Assembly (NCBI GenBank): GCA_963846325.1
Contig: CAWJVO010000009.1
Location: forward strand, 174,947 to 238,946
Direction: 5' to 3'
Length of the DNA stretch: 64,000 nt
Origin: an uncultured bacterium
GTDB lineage: Bacteria; Krumholzibacteriota; Krumholzibacteriia; Krumholzibacteriales; Krumholzibacteriaceae
The notes under the pieces were generated by a model, which searched no databases, was not told the DNA's origin, and saw nothing but the letters and a program-made list of their open reading frames with translations. This document shows positions 19,166 through 29,900 of this stretch, in pieces. Each line of letters begins with the position of its first letter. The stretch's first letter is position 1. Made by a program: the position numbers and the translations under genes.

Positions 19166-20349
19166 TATTCCCTGACTCCGTACAGGATATAGTCTTCTCC
19201 CCTGACGGCGGTGCCGCCCTTCAGGAGATCTCCGGCCTTCATGTACATTTTAATAAAATCGTCCGGCGTCACGTCGCGTCCCGCGAATCCGCAGAGGAAG
19301 TTCGCGATGAGCGGCATGCTCTTCTCGCCGTAGAACGCCGCGCGGATCTCGCTCGCCACGGGGCCTCCGGGGCCGCCGTAGGATATCGCGCGATCGATGA
19401 CGATGAGGTTCTTGATCCCTTTGACCGCCTCGCGAATCTCGTCGAACGGGAACGGCCGCCACAGGCGGAGCTTGATCTGGCCGACCGGCTTTCCCTGCTC
19501 GCGAAGCCTGTCGATCGCGATGGAGGCCGTCTCGCTGAAGCTCCCCATCGTGAGGAAGGCGGTCTCGGCGCCCTCGAGCTTGTAGGTCTCGACCGGCGCG
19601 TACGACCTCCCGACTACCTGCGCCATTTCCTCCCACGCCTTCATAATATGCTGTTTCGAGGCGAGGAGCGCCTCGTTCTGGCTCTTTTTCGCCTCGGAGA
19701 ATATGCCCGGCATGCCGAACGCGCCCATCGTGATCGGCTTGTCCGGATGCAGCACGTTTACCGGCTTGAATTCGGGGAGATACTTCTTGACCTGCTCCTC
19801 GTCCCAGTATTCGACCGCCTCGATCATGTGCGTGACGATGAAACCGTCTATATTGATCATCACCGGCAGGGATACGTTCCGATCTTCCGCGACGCGGAAC
19901 GCGAAGAAGACGTGGTCGAAAAGCTCCTGGCCGTTGTCGGCGAAGACCTGTATCCAGCCGCAGTCGCGGACCGACATGACGTCGGTGTGGTCGTTCCAGA
20001 TGCTGAGGGGGCCCGAGAGGGAGCGGTTCGCGAGAATCATGACGATGGGCAGGCGCATGCTCGCCGCGATGAACACGATCTCGTTCATGAGGGCGAGCCC
20101 CTGCGAGCTCGTGCAGGTGAAGGTGCGGGCGCCGACCGCGACGGAGCCGCAGCAGACGCTCATCGCCGAATGCTCGGATTCGACCGGGATAAACTCCGCG
20201 TCGAGCTCTCCGCTCGCGACGAGCTCGGCGAGGTGCTCGACGATGTGGGTCTGCGGGGTGATGGGATACGCGGCGACGACGTCGACGTTCGCCATCTTGA
20301 TCGCGTCGGCGGCGGCGATGGAATTCTCAATGCCGATGCGCTTGGCCAT
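19165..20349 (-). CDS. porA: Pyruvate:ferredoxin oxidoreductase alpha subunit
   Basis: AAYPITPQT, ESEHSAMS, TSSQGLALM, RLWRPFP. Confidence 0.93.
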   Translation of the reverse strand: MAKRIGIENSIAAADAIKMANVDVVAAYPITPQTHIVEHLAELVASGELDAEFIPVESEHSAMSVCCGSVAVGARTFTCTSSQGLALMNEIVFIAASMRLPIVMILANRSLSGPLSIWNDHTDVMSVRDCGWIQVFADNGQELFDHVFFAFRVAEDRNVSLPVMINIDGFIVTHMIEAVEYWDEEQVKKYLPEFKPVNVLHPDKPITMGAFGMPGIFSEAKKSQNEALLASKQHIMKAWEEMAQVVGRSYAPVETYKLEGAETAFLTMGSFSETASIAIDRLREQGKPVGQIKLRLWRPFPFDEIREAVKGIKNLIVIDRAISYGGPGGPVASEIRAAFYGEKSMPLIANFLCGFAGRDVTPDDFIKMYMKAGDLLKGGTAVRGEDYILYGVRE

Positions 20350-20655
20350 TTACTCGGTCTCCTCCACCATCTTGATGCATCCCGTGATGCACTCCTGGAC
20401 GCAGATGCCGCAGCCTTTGCAGTAGTAGAGATCGGCTTCGAAATACCCTTCCTCGTTCTTGTGAACCGCCGCGTCGGGGCAGTAGATGTAACAGACGCCG
20501 CATTTGACGCATTTCGTGTGATCCCAGACGGGCCGGATGGATCTCCAGTCGCCGCAACGGTATTGGGCCGCGTTGCCCGGCTGGCTTACCGCGCAGCCCG
20601 GCTCGATGTCCTTCCATCCCAGATCGAGTTCAGATTTCGGTACGGGTTTCGGCAC
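20350..20655 (-). CDS. porD: Pyruvate:ferredoxin oxidoreductase delta subunit (2x[4Fe-4S])
   Basis: GDWRSIRPVWD, CVKCGVCYIYCPD, YCKGCGICVQEC. GTG start at 20655 inferred. Confidence 0.88.
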   Translation of the reverse strand: MPKPVPKSELDLGWKDIEPGCAVSQPGNAAQYRCGDWRSIRPVWDHTKCVKCGVCYIYCPDAAVHKNEEGYFEADLYYCKGCGICVQECITGCIKMVEETE

Positions 20656-20780
20656 GGCGCTCTGCTCCCGATTCAAAGACAAAAAACCCCGGGACCCTCT
20701 TTGCTCCCCGCTGCGGAAGCGCTCGAAAGTAAAATTAGGCGAAATATAACGAGCGGCCTTCTCACTTTCAAGCGGAATCG

Positions 20781-20804
20781 GCGGGGAGACCGGTGCCTCC
20801 CCGC
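20781..20804 (-). terminator. GC-rich hairpin downstream of acs (possible terminator)
   Basis: GCGGGGAG-N8-CTCCCCGC stem; the U-tract is weak. Confidence 0.35.
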
Positions 20805-20825
20805 GCCATCCGTTCATGCATGCGC

Positions 20826-22784
20826 TTACTGACGCTCGTCGAGGAGATGCGTCACGACCGTCGGATCGGCCAGCGTCGTCGTATCGCCGACTTCGGTGCT
20901 GCCCGTCGCGATGACCTTGAGGATTCGACGCATGATCTTGCCGCTCCGCGTCTTCGGGAGCGCGTCGGCGAACTGGATCTTGTCCGGTTTCGCGATCGGC
21001 CCGATCATCTTGCTGACGTGGGTGCGGAGCTCCTCCTTGAGCTTGTCCGATTTCTCGAAGCCGCCGGTCAGGGTGACGAAGGCGTAGAGCCCCTCGCCCT
21101 TGATCGCGTGAGGCATCGGCACGACCGCCGCTTCGGCGACCGACTCGTGGCTCACCAGCGCGCTCTCGACTTCCATCGTACCGATGCGGTGACCGGAGAC
21201 GTTGATCACGTCGTCGACGCGGCCCATGAGCCAGAAGTATCCGTCCTCGTCCTGCCGCGCGCCGTCCCCGGTGAAGTAAACGCCCTTGAAGCGGCTGTAG
21301 TACGCGTCCTGATAGCGCTTGTCGTCCCCCCAGATCGTCCGGAGCTGTCCCGGCCACGGCTTCTTGATGACCAGATAGCCGCCTTCGTTGCGCTCGCACG
21401 GCTTGCCGTCCTCGCGAACGACCTCGGGGAAGATGCCCGGGAAGGGAAGCGTCGCCGAGCCCGGCTTCAGCGGGAAGGCGCCGGGAAGCGGCGTGATGAG
21501 AATGCCGCCCGTCTCGGTCTGCCACCACGTGTCGACGATCGGGCAGCGCTCCTTGCCGATGTTCTTGTAGTACCACATCCACGCCTCGGGGTTGATCGGC
21601 TCGCCCACGGATCCGAGGAGCCTCAGGCTCGACAGATCGTTCTTCGCCGGCCACTCGTCGCCGTCGCGCGCGATCGCGCGGATGGCGGTCGGGGCGGTGT
21701 AGAACACGTTGACCTTGTACTTGGCGACGACGTTCCAGAAGCGGTCGGGATTCGGGTAGCTGGGAACGCCCTCGAACATGATCGTCGTGGCGCCGTTGGC
21801 GAGCGGGCCGTACACGATGTACGAATGCCCCGTGATCCAGCCGATGTCGGCGGTGCACCAGAACATGTCCTCGTCCTTGATGTCGAAGATGAGCTTCGTC
21901 GTCACCGTGACGTAAGTGAGATACCCGCCCGTCGTATGGACGACGCCCTTCGGCTTGCCGGTAGTGCCGCTCGTGTAGAGGATAAACGAGACGTCTTCAG
22001 CGTCGACCTGTTCCGGCTCGCACGTATCCTTGGCCTTCGCCATCTCTTCGTGCCACCAGAGGTCCTTGCCCTTGTTCATCGCGATGTCGAGACCGGTCCG
22101 CTTCACGACGATGACCTTCTCGACCGTCGGGCAGTCGCCGATGATGGCATCCGCGCCGGTCTTCAGGGGCACGGCCTTGCCGCGCCGGTAGCTGCCGTCG
22201 GAGGTGACGAGCAGCTTCGCGCCCGCGTCGATGATGCGGTCCTTGAGCGATTCGGCGCTGAATCCGCCGAACACGATCGAATGGATGGCGCCGATGCGCG
22301 TGCAGGCGAGCATCGCGATCGCGAGCTCGGGGATCATCGGGAGGTAGAGATTGACGCGGTCGCCCTTCTTGATCCCGTGCGACTTGAGGACGTTCGCGAA
22401 CTTGCAGACCTCGCGATGGAGCTCCTTGTACGTATATTTCTTCGCGTCGCCGACCGGTTCCCCCTCCCAGATGAGAGCGGTCTTGTCGCCCTTCGTCGCG
22501 AGATGCCGGTCGAGGCAGTTGTAGGAGATGTTGGTTGTGCCGCCGACGAACCACTTCACGAAGGGGGCCTTGCTGTGATCGAGCACCTTGTCCCACTTCT
22601 TGAACCAGTGAATGGCCCCGGCCTGCTCGGCCCAGAAGCCCTCGAGATCCTTCTCGGACTTCCCGTAAAGCTTCTTGTATTCGTCCATGCTCTTGATGTG
22701 GGCCTTCTCGGAAAAGCCCTTCGGCGGATTGAACACGCGCCGCTCGTCGAGCATGGAGGTGATAGTTTTCTTCTCCTCTGCCAT
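20826..22784 (-). CDS. acs: AMP-forming acetyl-CoA synthetase
   Basis: [46 protein letters not shown]. Confidence 0.96.
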   Translation of the reverse strand: MAEEKKTITSMLDERRVFNPPKGFSEKAHIKSMDEYKKLYGKSEKDLEGFWAEQAGAIHWFKKWDKVLDHSKAPFVKWFVGGTTNISYNCLDRHLATKGDKTALIWEGEPVGDAKKYTYKELHREVCKFANVLKSHGIKKGDRVNLYLPMIPELAIAMLACTRIGAIHSIVFGGFSAESLKDRIIDAGAKLLVTSDGSYRRGKAVPLKTGADAIIGDCPTVEKVIVVKRTGLDIAMNKGKDLWWHEEMAKAKDTCEPEQVDAEDVSFILYTSGTTGKPKGVVHTTGGYLTYVTVTTKLIFDIKDEDMFWCTADIGWITGHSYIVYGPLANGATTIMFEGVPSYPNPDRFWNVVAKYKVNVFYTAPTAIRAIARDGDEWPAKNDLSSLRLLGSVGEPINPEAWMWYYKNIGKERCPIVDTWWQTETGGILITPLPGAFPLKPGSATLPFPGIFPEVVREDGKPCERNEGGYLVIKKPWPGQLRTIWGDDKRYQDAYYSRFKGVYFTGDGARQDEDGYFWLMGRVDDVINVSGHRIGTMEVESALVSHESVAEAAVVPMPHAIKGEGLYAFVTLTGGFEKSDKLKEELRTHVSKMIGPIAKPDKIQFADALPKTRSGKIMRRILKVIATGSTEVGDTTTLADPTVVTHLLDERQ

Positions 22785-22868
22785 GGGGACCTCCTGTGTG
22801 GTTTGGTCTGGTTTGTATTGATTCGCGTTTTACATAGCAAAATGAAAGCGCGAGCACTAAGAAGCTAA

Positions 22869-22897
22869 AATGTAACCGGATATTCCGTTGGTGTCAA
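22869..22897 (-). promoter_or_regulatory. Sigma70 promoter of acs
   Basis: Minus strand TTGACA-N17-TACATT. Confidence 0.6.
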
Positions 22898-22988
22898 GAT
22901 ATAATCCACCGCCGCGGAACGCTCCTTGCTTCCACTTTCGAGGCCGGGAGAATGGCATCTCCTTCGCCGAAGAGAGGACCGGGCGCGC

Positions 22989-23690
22989 ATGAACCGGAAA
23001 GAAGCGATCCTGGATTTCGCCGCCTTCGCGGGGACGGTCGCCATCGCCTCCATCCAGCGGTGGCAGGCGAAAGATCTCGTCTGGAGTCTCTGGATATCGA
23101 GCCTCATTATCGGCTACTCGTTCATTCTCACCTCGGCGTTTTCCATCTTTTTCCGTCCGATGACGCTGAATTCGGAGATTGAGGGCGACGCCCGACGCTC
23201 GCTCCTCGCGGCGCTTCCCCTTCCCCCCGCGCTCAAATTTCTCGGAAGGTGCCTTTCCTTCGCTTTCCTGCTCATCTTCTTCACGATCCACTTCGGCATG
23301 TTCCACTTCGTTCACGGCCTGTTTCTCAATGCGTTCTTCCCGCTCGCCGACTGGCGGCCGTTCGGCAGGCCACCCGGCGACGTCTCAAGCCAGTTCGTCT
23401 GGAGCATAGGGTCGACCGCCCGCGCCTACTGGCCCTTCATCGCGATGAGCGCCCTCTCCCGCCTCAGCGATTTCGGAAATGCGCTCAGGGCGCCCGGCGG
23501 ACCGAATATGTCCATGCCGTACGCGAACGTCGTGCGGATGCATATTATGATCTTCGTTTTCGCGGGGCTCTATGGGGCGGGACTCGCGGGATTCGCCGTA
23601 TACCCCGTGCTCGTTCTCTATTTCTTCCCCGCGGGCTCCCTGGCGAAGCTTGCCATCCGCAAAAGCAGGGCGAAAAAGCAGCCTGCCTGA
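22989..23690 (+). CDS. Integral membrane protein, DUF6498-like
   Basis: Multiple TM helices; FFTIHFGMFHFVHGLF and MPYANVVRMHI motifs. Confidence 0.6.
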   Translation: MNRKEAILDFAAFAGTVAIASIQRWQAKDLVWSLWISSLIIGYSFILTSAFSIFFRPMTLNSEIEGDARRSLLAALPLPPALKFLGRCLSFAFLLIFFTIHFGMFHFVHGLFLNAFFPLADWRPFGRPPGDVSSQFVWSIGSTARAYWPFIAMSALSRLSDFGNALRAPGGPNMSMPYANVVRMHIMIFVFAGLYGAGLAGFAVYPVLVLYFFPAGSLAKLAIRKSRAKKQPA

Positions 23691-23803
23691 TCGCTGGGCC
23701 ATCGAGATAGAATCGTCGCCGCACGATGCTCGTGCATGTCGTTATCTGATTACACAATAGTTAGTTACAGAATAATGGAGTGGAATATTTCCCCCCGGGT
23801 CCC

Positions 23804-23832
23804 TTGACTTTTTCCATGCCGCGCCGTATGTT
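23804..23832 (+). promoter_or_regulatory. Sigma70 promoter of the gdh operon
   Basis: TTGACT-N17-TATGTT about 45 nt before the gdh ATG. Confidence 0.5.
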
Positions 23833-23875
23833 GAGGCGAACTACGGGCACTCGTGTCGAGAAAGGACGGAGAGGA

Positions 23876-25162
23876 ATGGCAGACAAATCCTACAACGCCT
23901 TCGAAATGGCGCAATCCCAGTTTGACCGGGTCGCGAAGCTCCTCGAGCTCGACGAGGCGACGAAGGAGCTCCTGCGCTACAATCTGCGCGAATATCATGT
24001 GAGCATACCGGTCAGGATGGATGACGGAAGCGTCAAGGTTTTTCGCGGATTCCGGGTTCAGCACAACGACGCGCGCGGCCCGGCGAAAGGGGGCATCCGC
24101 TTCCATCCGATGGAGACGATCGATACCGTGCGGGCGCTCGCGATGTGGATGACCTGGAAGTGCGCCGTCGTCGACATCCCTCTCGGAGGCGGAAAGGGAG
24201 GAGTCGTGTGCGATCCGCATAACCTGAGCATGCGCGAGCAGGAACAGATCTGCCGCGGCTGGGTGAGGCAGCTCGCGAAGGACATGGGGCCGATCCGGGA
24301 CGTGCCCGCCCCCGACGTGATGACCAGCGGCCAGCACATGCTCTGGATGCTCGACGAGTTCGAAACGATTCACGGGCAGAGGCTCCCGGGCTTCATCACC
24401 GGGAAACCGGTCGGCATGGGCGGCTCCCTCGGCCGCACCGAAGCCACGGGCTACGGCGTGATCTTCACGGTTCGCGAGGCCCTCAAGAATCTCAACCTCC
24501 CCCCCGGCGACACAACGGCGAGCGTGCAGGGATTCGGCAACGTCGCCCAGTACGCGATCGAGCTCTACCAGCAGATCTGGGGCAAGGTTGTATGCGTATC
24601 GTGCTGGGACCAGAAGGATCAGGCTTCCTACAGCTTCGCGAAGAAGGACGGCATCGACCTGAACGCGCTGCGCGGGATCACGGATCGCTTCGGCGGCATC
24701 GAAAAGGACAAAGCGAAGAAGCTCGGCTACGAGGTTCTCCCGGGAGACGCCTGGATCGAACAGGACGTGGACATTCTCATCCCCGCGGCGCTCGAGAATC
24801 AGATAACGAAAAACACCGTCGCCAAGATGAGCGACCGGGTCAAGATCATCGCCGAGGGCGCCAACGGCCCGACGACGCCCGATGCGGACAAGGTGATCCA
24901 TGAGCGAGGCATATTCATGATCCCCGACCTGCTCGCAAACGCGGGGGGCGTCACCTGCAGCTACTTCGAGCAGGTGCAGTGCAACATGAACTACTTCTGG
25001 GAAAAGGACGAAGTTCTCGGCAAGCTCGATACCAAGATGACGTCCGCGTTCAACGCGGTAAACGACCTCGCGAAGAAACGCAAGCTCTACATGCGGGACG
25101 CCGCTTACGTGATCGCCGTCGGGCGCGTCGCCCAGGCGTGCAAGGATCGCGGCTGGGTGTAG
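23876..25162 (+). CDS. gdhA: Glu/Leu/Phe/Val dehydrogenase (probably glutamate dehydrogenase)
   Basis: RGPAKGGIRFH, GGGKGG, DVPAPD, TGKP, GSLGRTEATG, VQGFGNV, EGANGPTT, ANAGGVTCSYFE. Confidence 0.93.
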   Translation: MADKSYNAFEMAQSQFDRVAKLLELDEATKELLRYNLREYHVSIPVRMDDGSVKVFRGFRVQHNDARGPAKGGIRFHPMETIDTVRALAMWMTWKCAVVDIPLGGGKGGVVCDPHNLSMREQEQICRGWVRQLAKDMGPIRDVPAPDVMTSGQHMLWMLDEFETIHGQRLPGFITGKPVGMGGSLGRTEATGYGVIFTVREALKNLNLPPGDTTASVQGFGNVAQYAIELYQQIWGKVVCVSCWDQKDQASYSFAKKDGIDLNALRGITDRFGGIEKDKAKKLGYEVLPGDAWIEQDVDILIPAALENQITKNTVAKMSDRVKIIAEGANGPTTPDADKVIHERGIFMIPDLLANAGGVTCSYFEQVQCNMNYFWEKDEVLGKLDTKMTSAFNAVNDLAKKRKLYMRDAAYVIAVGRVAQACKDRGWV

Positions 25163-25189
25163 ATTTCCAGCGGAGCGCGGTAACGCCAC

Positions 25190-26947
25190 ATGCGGAAGAA
25201 AACCTACAGTCCCCACCATCAGTCGCTCACGCGATTCGATCGGTGTTTCTTCACGGGGGCGGAGCGCTTCACCTATATCGGATCGGGAGAGCTCGGCGGA
25301 AAGGCGCACGGTCTCGCGCGGATGCGCGGCATCCTCGAATCGAAGCTGAAGGATTCCTTCGAGCCGGCGATTTCGATCGGCATCCCCACGCTCACCGTCA
25401 TCACCACCGAGTTCTTCGATCTGTTCATGAAACAGAACGACCTTTTCGAGATCGCTTACTCCGAAGCGAGGGACGATCTTATCGCGCATGCGTTCCAGCG
25501 CGCGGCCATTCCCGTGCGGCTCGCCGGCGACCTCCGCGCGCTCGTCGAGCAGGTTCACTCCCCCCTCGCCGTTCGATCCTCGAGCATGCTCGAGGACGCC
25601 ATGTTCGAGCCCTTCGCGAGCGTGTACGCGACGAAGATGGTGCCCAACAACCAGCCGGACGCCGACACCCGTTTCCGCAAGTTGAGCGAGGCGGTCAAGT
25701 ACGTGTACGCGTCGACCTTTTTCAAGGTGGCCAGGAACTACATGCGGGCCACTCATCACGCTACTATCGACGAGAAGATGGCGGTCGTCATCCAGGAGGT
25801 TGTCGGAACGCGCTTCGGCGATCGTTTCTACCCGCACATCTCGGGAGTGCTGCGCTCGTACAATTTCTACCCGACGGGGCACGGGACGCCCGAGGACGGC
25901 GTCGCTGAGCTCGCACTGGGGCTCGGCAGAACCATCGTCGACGACGGCGTCTCCTGGGCCTTCTCCCCTGCCTTCCCCGGCGCGGATCCGCCGTTTAAAT
26001 CGATGGGGGACCGCCTCAAGCACACGCAAACGACCTTCTGGGGAGTGAACATGGGCAAGCCCGCCGTATACGATCCGATCAATGAAACCGAGTATCTTGC
26101 GTCGTACGACCTCGGAGACGCCGAATACGACGGGACGATCCGATTCATCGCCTCAACCTACCTCCCCGCGGACGACCGCATCACGAGCGGCATCGAGGAG
26201 CGGGGGCCCCGGATCATCGATTTCGCCTCCATACTGAAAGACCGGATCCTGCCCCTCAACGATCTGCTCAAGACGCTCAAATCGGCCTGCGAGGATACGC
26301 TCGGCGCGATGGTGGAGATAGAGTTCGCCCTGACGCTCGACCGCGAGAGCTGCGATCCGGCGCGATTCGGTTTCCTGCAGGTCCGCCCGATGGTCGTCTC
26401 GCAAGCGGAGGTCGATCTCTCCGAAAGCGAGCTCTCGGGCCCGCGCGTTCTCCTCGCCTCGGAGACCGTTCTCGGCAACGGCGCGCTCGAGACGATGCGG
26501 GACGTCGTATTCGTTCACCCCGAGCGTTTCGACACTCAGAAAACACGGCAGATCGCGGTCGAGATCGAGCCGCTCAACCGGCGGCTCGTCGAGGCGAAGA
26601 AGCCGTATCTCCTCATCGGCTTCGGACGCTGGGGCACGACCGATCCGCCCGCCGGCATACCCGTCGATTTCGGGCAGATCTCGGGAGCGAAGGTGATCGT
26701 GGAAGCGGCGCTGCCGAACCTCAATATCATCATGAGCCAGGGATCCCATTTCTTTCACAACGTGACGAGCTTCAAGATATTCTATTTCTCGATTCCGCAC
26801 GGGAGCGAGTACCGTATCGACTGGGAATGGCTGATGAAGCAGCGAACGGTTTCCGAGACGCACTTCGTGAAGCACGTCGAGCTCGACGCGCCGCTGCTCG
26901 CAAAGGTCGACGGCCGGAGCGGGCGGGGAGTGATCACGCATGAGTGA
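25190..26947 (+). CDS. PEP-synthase/PPDK N-terminal (ATP-grasp) domain protein, no PEP-binding barrel
   Basis: LGGKAHGL, PLAVRSSSMLED, MAVVIQEVVG, EIEFA...LQVRP; C-terminal GFGRWG and SQGSHFFHN. Confidence 0.8.
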   Translation: MRKKTYSPHHQSLTRFDRCFFTGAERFTYIGSGELGGKAHGLARMRGILESKLKDSFEPAISIGIPTLTVITTEFFDLFMKQNDLFEIAYSEARDDLIAHAFQRAAIPVRLAGDLRALVEQVHSPLAVRSSSMLEDAMFEPFASVYATKMVPNNQPDADTRFRKLSEAVKYVYASTFFKVARNYMRATHHATIDEKMAVVIQEVVGTRFGDRFYPHISGVLRSYNFYPTGHGTPEDGVAELALGLGRTIVDDGVSWAFSPAFPGADPPFKSMGDRLKHTQTTFWGVNMGKPAVYDPINETEYLASYDLGDAEYDGTIRFIASTYLPADDRITSGIEERGPRIIDFASILKDRILPLNDLLKTLKSACEDTLGAMVEIEFALTLDRESCDPARFGFLQVRPMVVSQAEVDLSESELSGPRVLLASETVLGNGALETMRDVVFVHPERFDTQKTRQIAVEIEPLNRRLVEAKKPYLLIGFGRWGTTDPPAGIPVDFGQISGAKVIVEAALPNLNIIMSQGSHFFHNVTSFKIFYFSIPHGSEYRIDWEWLMKQRTVSETHFVKHVELDAPLLAKVDGRSGRGVITHE

Positions 26948-29900
26948 CCGAAGGGACAAGGCGGACGATCTCCTTCATTTTTTCCGCGAACGCGAGAAGG
27001 AGCTCGAGTGTCTGTACAACATCGAGGAGCTCCTCGTCGAACCGGACGCGCCGCGCGAGAGGGTCTTCCGCCGCGTCGTCGAAACGGTTCCGTCGGGATG
27101 GCAGTATCCGGGCTCTTGTTACGCGCGGATCGTGTTCGGGACCGAGAGCTATTCGATCCCCGGTTTCGCCGAAACCCCCTGGGTGATGACTGCCGATATT
27201 CTCGTTGATGATGCGAAGGAAGGCGAGATAAGCGTTTTCTATTCGAAGGAGATGCCGCAGGCCGACGAAGGCCCCTTTCTCAAGCAGGAGAAGAGGCTCC
27301 TGAAGACGATCGCCGACCGGATCGGCAATTTCCTCCTGCATCAGCAGCTGCGCGAGGCCGCGGAGGAACGCCCTCGCGAGAGCGCCGGCGAATGGAGGGT
27401 CATTCTCAATCTCCTGCACCATACCGATCGCAACCTCTTCGAGAACGTATCCGAAAAGATGCTCAACCTGCTCTGCTGGAGCGGCGTCGAGGAGGCTGAA
27501 CGGCTTCGCGGGACACTCGTGCCGGTCGATATCGATTTCGAGGCCGGATTGAATCAGGAGGCCAACAAGCCGTACCAGCTCCACTCGCTCGAGATCACCG
27601 ACCGCCTGAGCGACGAGATATTCCGCATCGCGACGGGAGAATACACGAACGAGCAGCTGCTCGATTATCTCCGGAAGTGGATCCAGGACGACAAGCTGAG
27701 CTACCTCCTGCACGTCGGCAACACGAATCTTCCCCTTTCCGGCGTGATCGCCGCGCTCCGGCAGTACCGGGACATGTCTCCCTCGGGGATCGATCTCTCC
27801 CAGGCGGTGAAAAACGGCCTGATCGTTTCCCTCATCACGCGATTCCTCTCGAAGCAGCTCAACTACATCAAGGTCGCGAAGAAGTATATCGAGGTCCGCG
27901 ACTTCTTCGAGATCCTCGACCGGATCATCTATACGCCGGAGAGCCACGGGCAGCTCGGCGGCAAGGGCGCGGGCCTCTTTCTCGCCCAGCAGATCATCAA
28001 GAAATCGTACGGCACCGACCCGCTCTTCGCAAACGTGAAGGTGCCGAAGAGCTGGTATATCACTTCCGACGTGCTGCTCGGATTCCTGCGGTTCAACAAC
28101 CTCGACGAGGTCATCGAACAGAAATACAAGGATATCAATCAGGTTCGGCTCGAATACCCGCACGTGATGCTCACGTTCAAGAACAGCAGGTTTCCGCCGG
28201 AAATCAGACAGGGACTTTCCATGGTCCTCGACGAGCTCGAGGGAATGCCGCTCGTCATTCGCAGCTCGAGCCTCCTCGAGGACAGCCTCGGAGCGGCCTT
28301 TTCGGGAAAATACAAGAGCCTGTTCCTCGCGAACCAGGGCACCAAGCAGGAGCGCCTCGATGCCCTCCTCGACGCCGTAGCCGAGGTCTACGCATCGATC
28401 TTCGGTCCTGATCCCATCGAGTATCGCGCCGAGCGCGGATTGCTCGATTTCAGCGAGGAAATGGGAATCATGATCCAGGGAGTGGTGGGAAACCGCGTGG
28501 GAGATTACTTTCTCCCCTCCTTCGCCGGCGTCGCGTTCAGCAGGAACGAATTCCGCTGGTCCCCCCGGATCAGGCGCGAGGATGGCCTCATCCGCACCGT
28601 TCCCGGTCTCGGCACGCGCGCCGTCGACCGCGTCAGCGACGATTATCCGGCCCTCATCGCGCCCGGACAGCCGGGGCTGCGCGTCAACGTCGCGACCGAG
28701 GAGATCGTCTACTACACCCCGAAGAAGATCGACGTCATCAACCTGAAGACCAACACCTTCGAAACGGTGGACGCCAAAGACCTCCTCAGGAAACACGGAG
28801 CGGAGCTGCCTCTCGTCGAGAAGATGGTTTCGATCTACGACGGTCATAATCTGCGGAAGCCGATGGCAATGAACATCGATTTCGACCATGACGACCTTCC
28901 CTTCACGCTGGACGGCCTCATCAGCGAGACTCCCTTCGTGAAACAGGTTCACGGCATTCTCAAGCTGCTCGAGGAGAAGCTCGGGTTCCCCGTCGATATC
29001 GAATTCGCGCATGACGGAACCGATTTCTATCTGCTCCAGTGCCGCCCGCAGAGCTTTTCGCCGGCGAGCGCGCCCGCGCCTATCCCGCAGGACGTTCCCG
29101 CCGATAAGATCGTCTTCTCGGCGAAGCGCTACATCTCGAACGGGCGGGTTCCGGACATCACCCACGTCGTCTACGTCGATCCGCTCGCGTACGCCGAGCT
29201 TCCCGAACGGGAGGACCTCGTCGCCGTGGGACGCGCCGTCGGACATCTCAACAAGCTTCTTCCGAAACGGCAGTTCATCCTCATGGGGCCGGGACGATGG
29301 GGAAGCCGCGGAGATATCAAGCTCGGCGTGAACGTCACCTACTCCGACATCAACAACACCGCCGTTCTCATAGAGATCGCCCGCAAGAAGGGCAACTACA
29401 TGCCGGACCTTTCTTTCGGAACCCATTTCTTCCAGGATCTCGTCGAAGGGCAGATACGCTACCTTCCCCTCTTCCCCGACGACGAGGGGATCGTCTTCAA
29501 CGAGCGCTTCCTTCTCGGTTCGAAGAACATTCTCCCCGAGGTCCTGCCCGAATTCTCCCGGCTCGCCGGCGTCGTTCATCTCATCGACGTACCCCAGGCG
29601 ACCGACGGCAAGATCCTCCGGGTGCTGATGAACGCCGAGCTCGGAGAAGCGGTCGCCCTTCTCGCTTCGAGGGAATCCGGAGAAGAGCGTCTCGACGCGC
29701 ACCCGGCGGATCCTGACCGTCCATCGGATCATCTGTGGGTGTGGCGCCTTCGGATGGCGGAGCGCATAGCCTCGCAACTCGATCCGGAACAGTTCGGCGT
29801 GGCCGGATTCTACGTTTTCGGCAGCACGAAGAACGCGACGGCCGGGCTCGGAAGCGACATCGATATCATCGTTCACCACCGCGGCACGAAGCAGCAGCGC

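Noticed and set aside
22871-22898. Third copy of the ECF promoter (TGTAACCG) upstream of the DUF6498-like gene
   Set aside because: It lacks the CGACG element at the matching spacing and overlaps the acs sigma70 promoter on the other strand.
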